64,000 nucleotides of DNA from an uncultured beta proteobacterium (GTDB lineage Bacteria > Pseudomonadota > Gammaproteobacteria > Burkholderiales > Casimicrobiaceae). The DNA lies in NCBI GenBank assembly GCA_963779805.1, contig CAVZZN010000016.1, positions 304,584-368,583 of the forward strand, given 5' to 3'. The notes beneath the pieces were generated by a model. It was not told where the DNA came from, made no database searches, and saw nothing but the letters and a program-made list of their open reading frames with translations. Made by a program: the position numbers and the translations under genes. Of the stretch, positions 1 through 9,632 are shown in pieces (within the stretch, counting starts at the first letter, position 1; the number at the start of each line of letters is the position of its first letter).

Positions 1-2
1 AA

Positions 3-695
3 TCGATCGGTCATCCGCTGGAGCTCGATCGCATTCTCGGCGACGAGCGCAACTTCGCGGGCACGAGCTTCGTCACGCCGGAGATGTTCGGCACGTACCG
101 GTACGGCTCGTCGCTGCTCAACGTCGCGTTCGACCCGACGCGTCCCGAGGAGCTCGCGAGCTACGGCTGGGACGACGACGGCACGCCGGCCGCCAAGGTC
201 TACCTCGTTCGCAACGGCATGCTGGAGCGGCCGCTGGGCGGCGCGATCTCGCAGCTGCGCGCAGGACTGCCGGGCACCGCGAACGCGCGCGCCGACAACT
301 GGAACCGGCCGCCCATCGACCGCATGGCGAACCTCAATCTCGAGCCGGGGGACGCGCCGCTCGACGCGATGATCGCGGGCATCGAGGACGGCATCGTGAT
401 GGAGACGAACCGGTCGTGGTCGATCGACGATTCGCGCAACAAGTTCCAGTTCGGCTGCGAGCGCGCGCGCCTGGTGCGCAACGGCAAGCTCGGAGCCGTG
501 GTGAAGAACCCGAACTATCGCGGCATCAGCGCGAGCTTCTGGCGCAGCCTCGTGCAGGTCGGCAATGCCGACACCATGCAGGTGCTCGGCACGCCGTATT
601 GCGGCAAGGGCGAGCCGTCGCAAGTGATTCGCGTGGGTCACGCGTCGCCGGCGTGCGTGTTCAGCGACGTCGACGTGTTCGGAGGCGTGCAATGA
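3..695 (+). CDS. tldD: TldD-family metalloprotease, C-terminal part (5' end lies outside the window)
   Basis: The frame of ORF 84..695 stays open back to nt 3 (SIGHPLELDRILG...). The sequence has a TldD-like C-terminus (NRSWSIDDSRNKFQFGCE, GEPSQVIRVGHASPACVF). Its TGA overlaps the next ATG (ATGA at 692-695). Confidence 0.8.
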   Translation, partial: SIGHPLELDRILGDERNFAGTSFVTPEMFGTYRYGSSLLNVAFDPTRPEELASYGWDDDGTPAAKVYLVRNGMLERPLGGAISQLRAGLPGTANARADNWNRPPIDRMANLNLEPGDAPLDAMIAGIEDGIVMETNRSWSIDDSRNKFQFGCERARLVRNGKLGAVVKNPNYRGISASFWRSLVQVGNADTMQVLGTPYCGKGEPSQVIRVGHASPACVFSDVDVFGGVQ

Positions 696-2059
696 ACGCC
701 CGCGACGGCCATGCCGCGCCGGCGCACGTCGGCGAGCACTACTTCGCCGACATCGCTGCAACACTCGATCGCCTGCTCGCGCCGGGCGAGCACTACACGG
801 CCTCGCTCGCGGGCGAGCGCTCGGACTTCGTGCGCTTCAACCGGGGCAAGGTGCGCCAGCCCGGGAGCGTCGCGCAGTGCTATCTCGAGCTCGACCTCAT
901 CGCCGGGCAGCGCCACGCGACGCATCGCCTCGCGTTGACGGGCGAACGCGCGCGCGACGACGCGGCGATCGCACACGCGGTCACGTCGGCCCGCGCGGCG
1001 CTGCCGATGCTCGCCGACGATCCGTATCTCCTGTATTCGACGGACGTGCACTCGACGCGCAGCGTGCGCGAGCACGCGCTCCCGGCGGCCGAAGCGATCG
1101 TCGAGGAGGTGCTGGCATCCGCGGCTGAGCACGATCTGGTCGGCCTGTATGCCGGTGGCAGCGTCGTGCGCGGCTTCGCCAATTCACTCGGGCAGCGCAA
1201 CTGGCACGAGGTCGGATCGTTCAGCCTCGAGTGGAGCCTCTATCATCGCGCCGACAAGGCGGTGAAAGCCGCGCTGTCGGGATTCGAATGGAACGGCGCG
1301 GCGCTCGCGGCACGCATGCGGGAGGCCGAAGCGCAGCTCGCCTTCGTCGCGAGGCCGCCGCGCACGCTCGCACCGGCTGCGTATCGCGCCTACGTGGCGC
1401 CCGCGGCAATGGAGGAGATCGCGGGGCTGTTGTGCTGGGGCGGATTTTCGGGGCGCGCCCTCGCGACGCATCAGAGCCCGCTCGCGCGGATGCACGACGT
1501 CGCCACGCGCGAAGAGCTCGACGCGCGCGTCTGCATGGCCGAGGACACGGCGCAGGGCATCGCGCCGCTCTTCCAGGGCGCGGGCTTCATCCGGCCGTCG
1601 TCGGTGCCCCTGATCGCGAACGGCGCGCTCGTCGGCGCCCTCACCTCGCCCGCCACCGCGAAGGAGTTCGGCGGCGAGACGAACGGTGCGAACGCCGGCG
1701 AAGCGCCCGAGGCGCTCGCGATGGCAGGCGGTTCGCTCGCGTCGTCCGAGGTGCTCGCCGCACTCGACACCGGGCTCTACATCGGCAACCTGTGGTACCT
1801 CAACTACTCCGATCGCCCCGCGTGCCGCATGACGGGCATGACCCGCTTCGCGACGTTCTGGGTCGAGCACGGCCGCATCGTGGCACCGGTGAACGTGATG
1901 CGCTTCGACGACACCCTCTATCGCATGCTCGGCAGCAACCTCGAAGCGCTGACGCGCGAGACCGAGCTGCGGCTCGACACCAGCACCTATCGGCAGCGCT
2001 CGCTGTCGAGCATGCGCCTGCCGGGGGCGTTGCTGCGCGAGCTGACGCTCACGCTCTGA
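692..2059 (+). CDS. TldD/PmbA-family protein (PmbA/TldE-like partner of TldD)
   Basis: There is an in-frame ATG at 692 inside ORF 416..2059 (MNARDGHAAP...). Family-typical C-terminal motifs are present (GLYIGNLWYLNYSD, MTGMTRFATFWVEHG). The gene is translationally coupled to the upstream tldD. Confidence 0.75.
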   Translation: MNARDGHAAPAHVGEHYFADIAATLDRLLAPGEHYTASLAGERSDFVRFNRGKVRQPGSVAQCYLELDLIAGQRHATHRLALTGERARDDAAIAHAVTSARAALPMLADDPYLLYSTDVHSTRSVREHALPAAEAIVEEVLASAAEHDLVGLYAGGSVVRGFANSLGQRNWHEVGSFSLEWSLYHRADKAVKAALSGFEWNGAALAARMREAEAQLAFVARPPRTLAPAAYRAYVAPAAMEEIAGLLCWGGFSGRALATHQSPLARMHDVATREELDARVCMAEDTAQGIAPLFQGAGFIRPSSVPLIANGALVGALTSPATAKEFGGETNGANAGEAPEALAMAGGSLASSEVLAALDTGLYIGNLWYLNYSDRPACRMTGMTRFATFWVEHGRIVAPVNVMRFDDTLYRMLGSNLEALTRETELRLDTSTYRQRSLSSMRLPGALLRELTLTL

Positions 2060-2137
2060 CCCCATTACTCAGAGTAACGCGCGCGAGGCGTTCGAGGTTA
2101 CCGGAGGGGGTTGCGAGCGTTACTCTGAGTAACGGGT
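2060..2137. repeat. Palindromic intergenic repeat, copy 1: inverted pair of TTACTCnGAGTAA units
   Basis: ccccaTTACTCAGAGTAAcgc (2060-2080) is the reverse complement, 19/20, of gcgTTACTCTGAGTAAcggg (2117-2136). Each unit is itself a palindrome. The element fills the 91-nt gap between two convergent genes. A related copy lies at 28891-28939. Confidence 0.8.
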
Positions 2138-2150
2138 TTGAGCCATGGGC

Positions 2151-3828
2151 TCAGCGCGACTGCGGGTTCCAGCCCTTCGGGATCGACGCGATGAGGCGCT
2201 GCGTGTACGGCTCGCGCGGGTGCCGGTACACCTCGTCGGAATTGCCGATCTCGACGATGCGCCCCTCGTTCATCACCATGATCTGGTCGGAGATGTACTT
2301 CACCACGGCGAGATCGTGCGAGATGAAGATGTAGGACAGGTTGTACTCGTCCTGCAGATCCTGCAGCAGGTTGAGCACCTGCGCCTGCACGGAGACGTCG
2401 AGTGCGGACACCGACTCGTCGCAGATCAGGATGTCGGGGCGCATCGTGAGGCAGCGCGCGATGGCGATGCGCTGCCGCTGGCCGCCCGAGAACTCGTGCG
2501 GATACTTGTAGAAGGACGCTTCCGGCAGTCCCACGCGTTCCAGGAGCTCGAACGCGAGGTCCGTGCGTTCCTGCGCATTGGCCCCGATGCCGTGGATCTC
2601 CATCGGCTCGGTGAGAATCTGGCCGACGATGAAGCGCGGGTTGAGCGAGGCATACGGATTCTGGAAGATGATCTGGATGCGCCGCTTGTACGCCATGAAT
2701 TCCGCGGGCGACATCGACAGCAGGTCGCGGCCCTCGAACAACGCCTCGCCCGACGAGGCCTGGTGCAGGCGCATCAGCGTGAGGCCCACGGTCGTCTTGC
2801 CCGATCCGGATTCGCCGACGAGGCCGAGCGTCTTGCCCTTCGGCAGCCGGAACGACACGTCCTTCACCGCCTCGAACTTGCGCTTGCCGAACAGGCCCTC
2901 GCGCGAATAGAAGTCCTTGCCGAGGTTCCTCACGTCGAGCACGATCGGATCGCCCGACGAGACGCCGCGCTTGCGCTCGGGCAACAGGTCCGCGCGCTCG
3001 GCGTGCCCGCTCATGAAGTCGTCGATCACCGGCAGGCGCGCGAGGCGCTTGTCGAGGCGCGGCCGGCACTTGAGCAGCGCCTGCGTGTAGGTGTCCTGCG
3101 GCGCCTCGAAGATCTGCCGCGCCGCGCCCTGCTCGCGGATCGTCGCCGTCGCGCATCACCACGACGTAGTCCGCGATCTCGCCGACCACCGCGAGGTCGT
3201 GCGTGATGAACAGCACCGACATCTGGTGCTTGCGCTGCAGCGCGGCGATCAGATCGAGGATCTGCTTCTGGATCGTGACGTCGAGCGCGGTCGTGGGCTC
3301 GTCCGCGATCAGCAGCTTCGGCTCGCAGGCGATCGCCATCGCGATCATCACGCGCTGCTGCTGGCCGCCCGACATCTGCGACGGATAGGCGTTGATCTTG
3401 TACTCGGGATCCGGAATGCCGACCTCGTCCAGCAGCTCGATCGCGCGCCGCCGCGCCTGCGCGGGACGCATCCCCATGTGCAGGCGCAGGACCTCCGTGA
3501 GCTGGAACCCGACCGTGAACACCGGGTTGAGCGAGGTCATCGGCTCCTGGAAGATCATCGACAGGTCGGCGCCGCGCAACTCGCGCATCTGCCGGCCGGA
3601 AAGCGCCAGCAGGTCGCGGCCGCCGTAGACGATGCGACTCGCGGGATCGACGATCGAGTTCTCCGGCGGCAGCAGGCCGAGCATCGCGAGCGCGGTCACC
3701 GACTTGCCGCTGCCGGACTCGCCGACGAGCGCCACCGTCGCGTTGCGCGGGATGTCGAAGCTCACACCGCGCACGGCCTCGTACGTCTGCTCCCGGCCGA
3801 TGCGAAACGACACGCGCAGGTCGCGCAC
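2151..3828 (-). CDS. Peptide/nickel-type ABC transporter ATP-binding protein, fused double ATPase (DppD-DppF-like); frame broken near 3140
   Basis: There are two ABC modules with Walker A GESGSGKS twice, signatures SGGQQQR and SGGQRQR, and Walker B LLIADEPT and ILICDESV. The N-module lies in the ORF 2098..3828 frame and the C-module in the ORF 2151..3029 frame. The GTG start at 3828 is the first start after the upstream stop at 3880. Confidence 0.85.
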
Positions 3829-3879
3829 GCTGACGAGCGGGTCGCTTGCGGCAACGCTTGCGCGCGCGCTTGCCGGAGC

Positions 3880-5170
3880 TCACAACCCGGCCCTCCCGCG
3901 CAGCTTGGGATCGAGCGCGTCGCGCAGCGAGTCCGTGAACAGGCTGAATGCCGTGACGAGCAGCGCCATCGCCGTGGTCGCGGCCACGAGCTGCCACCAC
4001 TTGCCGAGGATCAGCTCGTTCTGCGCTTCGTTCAGCATCGAGCCCCACGACACCACGTCGACCGGCACCCCGAAGCCGAGGAACGACAGGATCACTTCCG
4101 ACTTGATGAACGCGACCACCAGGATCGAGAGCTGCACCAGCACGACGTGGCTCACGTTGGGCAGGATGTGCACGAACATGCGCCGCAGGTTGGACGCGCC
4201 GATCGCATCGGCCGCCTGCACGTATTCGCGCGCCTTGTGCTTGAGATACTCGCCGCGCACCAGGCGGAACACGCCGCTCCAGCCGGTGAGCCCGAGGATG
4301 AGGATGATCGTCACGGTGCCCTTCTGCTGCAGGACGGCGGCCACGGTGAGGATCAGCAGCAGGTAGGGAATCGAGCTGAAGATGCTGTAGAACCAGTTGA
4401 AGAAGTCGTCGACGCGGCCGCCGTAATAGCCGGCGAAGGCGCCCATTATCGTGCCGATGAAGGTGGCGAGCGCAGCCGCCGCAAGCCCGACGAAGATCGA
4501 TGTCTCCGAGCCTTTGATCGTCTTCTTGACGACGTCGCGACCCCACTTGTCGCCGCCGAAAGGCAGCGTGGGCAGGCGCGCATCCGCACGTGCCGCCGGC
4601 TTCGCGGAGCGGATGTCCTTCATGGCGTCGGCGAGCGGATCTTCGGTGCCCTCGGCGGGCCGCGCCGCGCTCTTCTTCTCCTTGGCGATGTCGGCCATGA
4701 CGTCGGCGAGCGGGTCGGTGACGCCGTCGGCGGCCGCTCCCGCGCTGTCCGGCGTCGTGCCCGGCACAGCCGCTGGCCGAAGGCTTCTCGCCGCGCAACT
4801 CGGCGAGGTCCTCCGCCAGCGGATCGACGATGCTCGACTTGTACTCGGGCTCCGCGTTGGCGGGCTCGGTGGCGGCGGCGACCGGTGCGGCTGGCGCCCG
4901 CGTGCGTGCCGCGGGCGGCGGTGCGGCGAACGTGGGCGGCGCGTAGTTGACGCCCACCTCGCGTGCCCAGTCGCTCGCGATGAGTCCCGTGCCCGACAGG
5001 ATCATCATCACGATGAATGCGAGCACGATCGCGAGCGAGATCATGCCCACGTAGTCCGCGCGCAGGCGACGCCAGGCGAGTGCCCACAGGCCCGGCGAAA
5101 CGGTGTGCGGCACGACGTGGTGCTGGCGCGGGAGCTGCTCGGCCGTGGCGCTTGTATGTTGTCCACTCAT
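3880..5170 (-). CDS. ABC transporter permease (DppC/OppC-like) with a long Ala/Pro-rich periplasmic linker; frame broken near 4775
   Basis: The ATG at 5170 has GGAG upstream. The N-terminal TM segment (GMISLAIVLAFIVMMILSG) lies in the ORF 3026..5419 frame. The permease core lies in ORF 3880..4767 (YVQAADAIGASNLRRMFVHILPN). Confidence 0.85.
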
Positions 5171-5189
5171 CGGGAGACTCCGAGAATGG

Positions 5190-6585
5190 ACGCCGACGGA
5201 ATCCGGGAGAGGGTCGCCGCAGCGCGCTTGAGGCGCCGTCCTCGGCAATGAGATTGGCGCCCTCGACCGGTGCTCAGAGTCCGAACGGTATCCCGAGGCC
5301 GGCACTGCCGTGTCCTCGCATGCACAAGCGTGGACCAGAGCACCGGCTCCGAGGCTCCCGACTTCCTCCGTCGCCAGGAGGTCGTATGCGCTTTGCCGGA
5401 ATCGACATCGCGTCCGCAACGCATGTGCTGGCCATCATCGGCGCCGACGGTGCTGTCGAGCTCAAGGCCACGCCGTTTGGCGAAGACGCCGCGGGCTATC
5501 AGAAGGCGCTGGCGTTGCTGGGCACGCCCGACGACCTGCTCATCGCCATGGAGGCCACCGGGCATTACTGGAAGAACCTGTTCGCCGCCTTGACCGCGGC
5601 TGGCCATCAGCGTGGCCTTGCTCAACCCGCTGCGCACGCATCGCTTCGCCAGCGAGGATCTCGCAACGCACCAAGACCGACGCCATCGACGCGCTCGGCA
5701 TCGCGCGCTTCGCGGCCCAGAAACGACCGCCGCCCACGCGCCTGCCCGATCGCGCCACCGAAGAACTGCGCGAGCTCGTGCGGCTGCGCGAGCGGCTGCT
5801 GCAAGACTTCGGCGATCGCGTGCGCCAGCTGCATCGCCTGGTCGATCTCGGCTTCCCCGAATTCACCCGCTACGTGCGCAGCCTCGAGAGCGAACTGGCC
5901 AGCGCCATCCTGCACGACTACCCCAACGCCGCCGCCTTGCACGGCGTGTCGGTGCGGCGGCTGGCGGCACTGCGCTACGACGGACGGCATCAAGTCGGCC
6001 TCGATCTCGCCCGTACCCTCATCGATGCCGCGCGCCATTCGGTGGGCCACCATCACAGCGCGGCCTACCGCATCCAAGTCCGCTACGCCTGCCAGGACCT
6101 CGACACGCTGCGCCGCCGCCTGCGCGATCTCGATCGCGACATCGAAACCAAATTGAATGAGCACGACGTCGGTCGCTTGCTCACCACCATCGACGGCATC
6201 GGCCCCAACACCGCCGCGTCGCCTGATCGCCGAGCTCGGCGACCCGGCGCAGTTCCGCAGCGCCCGCGCGCTCGCCGCCTACGTCGGCACCATCCCGGGA
6301 CTCAAGCAGTCCGGCAAACGCAGCAGCAACCGCGCCGCATTGACCCCCATCGGCAATGCCCGCTTGCGCGCCGCGCTGTGGATGCCGACGCTGGCCGCCG
6401 TGCGCTTCAACCCGTGGCTGCGCGCGCATTACCAGCGTCTGCGCGCTCGCGGCAAGTTGCCCAAGGTCGCCTTGGTCGCCTGCATGCACAAGCTGCTGCT
6501 CGCCATCTACAGCGTGGCGAAGCACCGGCGCCCCTTCACCGTGGAAGTCACACCATGAAGCAGAAACCGCTTGACAGACATCACG
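5190..6585 (+). mobile_element. IS110-family insertion sequence (ends approximate) between the two permease genes of the ABC operon
   Basis: About 1.4 kb separates the dppB-like stop (6591) from the dppC-like start (5170), which would normally abut. The only coding content is an IS110-type transposase on the opposite strand. I could see no terminal inverted repeats, which is usual for this family. Confidence 0.75.
5386..6558 (+). CDS. IS110-family transposase (DEDD N-domain plus C-terminal HhH domain); three frame breaks near 5610, 5662 and 6215
   Basis: AGGAGG precedes the ATG at 5386. The text MRFAGIDIASATHVLAI...MEATGHYWKNLF, then VALLNPLRTHRFA, then QRTKTDAIDALGIARF...IDGIGPNTAA, then LIAELGDPAQFRSARALAAYVGTIPGLKQSGK is spread over three frames. 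Confidence 0.85.
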
Positions 6586-6590
6586 GTATC

Positions 6591-7529
6591 TCACTTGAAC
6601 TGGACGCGCGGGTCGACGGCCTTGTACATCAGGTCGGCGAGCAGGTTGAACACCAGAGTCGCCATCGCGACATACACGGTCATCGCCTTGATCACCGGGA
6701 AGTCGGAGCGCTCGACGGCGAGGAGCACCTCGCGCCCCATGCCGGGTATCGAGAAGAAGCGCTCGATCAGGAACGCGCCGAGCAACAGGCTCGGCAGCCC
6801 GGCCATGACGTAGGTGATGATCGGTATCGACGCGTTGCGCAGCACGTGCACCCACATGATGCGGTTCTCGGACAGGCCCTTGGCACGCGCGGTGCGCACG
6901 TAGTCCTGGTTGATCTCGTCGAGGAAGAACGTGCGGTACAGCCGCAATGTCGGTGCGATGCTCACGGCGAGGCCGATGAGGATCGGCAGCGACGCATACC
7001 GGAACAGGTTCTCCGCGAAGCTGTCGCCCCAGCCCTGCACCGGGAACCAGCCGAGCTTGTAGGCGAAGACGTACTGGAACACGATGATGTAGACCAGGAT
7101 CGAGATCGACAGCCCGATGGTGCACACGATCATCACCATGCGGTCGGTGAGGGAGCCGCGCACGTACGCCACGCCGAGGGCGAGCCCGATCCCGATCAGC
7201 GTTTCCAGCACGAGCAGCGGGACGAGCACGGTCATCGACGGCCCGAGGCGCGTGGCGAGGATGTGCGACACGCGCTCGTTCGTGCTCCAGCTCGCGCCGA
7301 AGTCGGCCGTGACGATCTGCTTCACGAAGATCCAGAGCTGGACCCAGTACGGCTGGTCGACGCCGAGCTGGCGCCGGATGTTGTCGATCTGCTCCTGGCT
7401 CGAGATCTTGCCGGCGAGCACGTAAGCCGGATCGCCGCCGACCCAGTTGAACAGGACGAACACGAGCAGCACGACCCCGAGCATCGTCGGGATCATCTGC
7501 CAGACGCGACGGACGATGTAGGCGGTCAT
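6591..7529 (-). CDS. ABC transporter permease (DppB/OppB-like)
   Basis: Intact 312-aa ORF. The N-terminus (MTAYIVRRVWQMIPTMLGVVLLVF) and the motif YVRTARAKGLSENRIMWVHVLRNA are typical of this family. Confidence 0.9.
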   Translation of the reverse strand: MTAYIVRRVWQMIPTMLGVVLLVFVLFNWVGGDPAYVLAGKISSQEQIDNIRRQLGVDQPYWVQLWIFVKQIVTADFGASWSTNERVSHILATRLGPSMTVLVPLLVLETLIGIGLALGVAYVRGSLTDRMVMIVCTIGLSISILVYIIVFQYVFAYKLGWFPVQGWGDSFAENLFRYASLPILIGLAVSIAPTLRLYRTFFLDEINQDYVRTARAKGLSENRIMWVHVLRNASIPIITYVMAGLPSLLLGAFLIERFFSIPGMGREVLLAVERSDFPVIKAMTVYVAMATLVFNLLADLMYKAVDPRVQFK

Positions 7530-7776
7530 GGGGACTTGGCGGGCGTCCGGCCGGACGCGGCGGACTGCAACGCGCTGCGCCGTGGCGGACCGGCAGGTCT
7601 GCTGCGCACGCGCTGCCGATTCGTCGGCACGACGGGCTCCTGCACGGCTATGGCGGATCCAAGAAGGTCCGCCCCGGTGCCCCGGGGCGGCCCCCGTTTT
7701 TCTCCTCGCTGCTGCGTTGCTGCCTTCCTCCTCCTACTTCCTGCGCCGCACCCGCGGCCGCCGCGGGCGCGTCGTT

Positions 7777-9565
7777 TCACTGGCCGGGCGCGACATCGAT
7801 GAACTGCCACTCCGCGTGCAGGATCGGGTGCTTCTTGTAGCCGAGCACGCGCCCCTGCACGAGCATGTTGCGGTAGCGGCTCACGTCGAGCCGCCACGGC
7901 GCGTAATTCTCGATGATCCGGGTCATCTCGTGATACAGCCGGTCACGCTCCGGTCCCGCCTTCATGCGCACCGTCTGCTCGTAGAGGCGATCGTACTCCG
8001 GAATCTTCGCGCAGGCGTTGTTGCTCTGGTAAATGTTCTTGCCGTACAGGAGCTGCATGAAGTTGTCCCCGTCCGGATAGTCCGCGATCCACGCGGCGGT
8101 GCGCATCTGCAGCTTGCACTGCTTCTCGAGCTTGAGGAGCTCGGGGAACTTGTCCTTCTGCACCTCCATCCGGATCCCGATGCCGTCGAGCGCCTTCTTC
8201 CACATCTCGTCCTGCTGCCGTCCGAGCGAGTCCGGGCGCGAAGCATAGCGGATCACGAGCGGCTTGCCATCCGGGAGCGTCCGATAGCCGTCGGGGCCCT
8301 TGCGATAGCCGAACTTGTCGAGCAGCGCGTTCGCGGCGCCCGGATCATAGCGCATGCTGGACCGGTACTTCGGATCGTGGCCGACGACACCCGGCGGGAT
8401 CGGGTAGTACGCCTCCACGGCCTGACCGTTGCGCACCACCCGGATCTCTTCCTCCACGTCGTAGGACATCGCCATCGCCCGGCGCAGCGCGATCTTCTCC
8501 CTGCTCATGCCGCCCACCACCGGATCCATCATGTTCCAGTAGTGATAGGTGATCTCGGGATCGACGAAACGCGAGAGCTTCACGCCCTTGCGCGCGAACT
8601 CCGGCCGCAGCTTGCCCGCCATCGAGCACGTTCGGTGCGAGCGGGCCCTCGAGGTTCATGAGGTCGAGGTCGCCGCTCTGGAACGCGAGCAGCCGCGCCT
8701 GGTCCTCCTCGATGATGCTGATCTCGACGCGGCCGATCTGCGGCATCCTCTTGCCCTTCATCTCCTTCACGAGACGCTGGTCGTCGGCGTCGGCCGCCTT
8801 GAAATCCCACACGAAGCCGCGGTAATCGGGATTGGCCTCGAGCACGATCTTCGACGAGCGCACCCAGCTCGCGAGCTTGTACGGCCCGGTGCCGACCGGG
8901 TTGTTCATGATGCGGCCGCCTTCGTCGGCGTACGCCTTCACCACCTCCCGCGCCACGGCGGAGGTCGGCTCGTGCGCGAGCACGTACGGCAGGTTGTAGT
9001 CGGTGTCCTTGAGCCGGATCCGCAGGGTGTAGCGGTCCGTCGCCTCGAGGCCGGCGACCTTCGCGTCGTAGTCGAACTTGCCCGACTTCTTCGCGGCGTC
9101 GATCTGCTCGTCGAGGCCGACGATCTTGTTCTCCAGCAGGAACGCATACGGCGAGCGCACCTTGGGATCGACGAGGCGCTTGTAGCTGTACACGTAATCG
9201 GCGGCGGTGAGCTCGCGCCTCTGCCCCTTGAAGGCCGGATCCGGAGTGAAGTAGATGCCCTTCCTGATGTGGAAGACGTACTGCCTGCCGTTGTCGCTCA
9301 CCTCGGGCATCGCCTCGGCGGTCAGCGGGACGAGCTTCGACGGTCGCGCGAGATAGTCGTACGTCAGCAGGGTCTCGAACACGGCCTGCACGACGGTGCC
9401 CGAGTACAGATCGCTGATCGCCTGCGGATCGAAGCCCGTCTCCGCCACCGGGAACACGTGGCGGATCACCTTGTTCATGTCCGCGGCGCACGCGGACGCG
9501 GCGAGCGACGTCGCGACGACCAGCAGGGCGAAGGCGCGGCGCAGACGGCGAAGCGAAGCGTTCAT
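7777..9565 (-). CDS. ABC transporter substrate-binding protein, family 5 (peptide/nickel type), copy 1; frame broken near 8615
   Basis: The ATG at 9565 is followed by a signal peptide (MNASLRRLRRAFALLVVATSLAASACA). The N-part lies in the ORF 8345..9676 frame and the C-part in ORF 7777..8622. The break is repaired by removing one G from gatggcGGGcaag. Confidence 0.85.
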
Positions 9566-9632
9566 CTCGGGCGATCCGAAAGACCCTGCGCGGCGGTTGG
9601 GATCGGCTGGCGCGGATCGCGCGCGTCGGTGC

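Noticed and set aside
6572-6600. TTGACA at 6572, considered as an ordinary outward promoter driving antisense transcription into the dppB-like gene.
   Set aside because: No acceptable -10 hexamer lies at 16-18 nt spacing on the same strand (tatctc is only 11 nt away). I kept it only as a speculative half of an IS junction promoter in the IS finding.
7700-7740. A purine-rich 12-mer TAGGAGGAGGAA is shared between the minus strand of 7717-7730 and the hairpin loop at 30598-30609.
   Set aside because: A single 12-nt match is within chance expectation for 128 kb of two-strand sequence. The two contexts share no further similarity.
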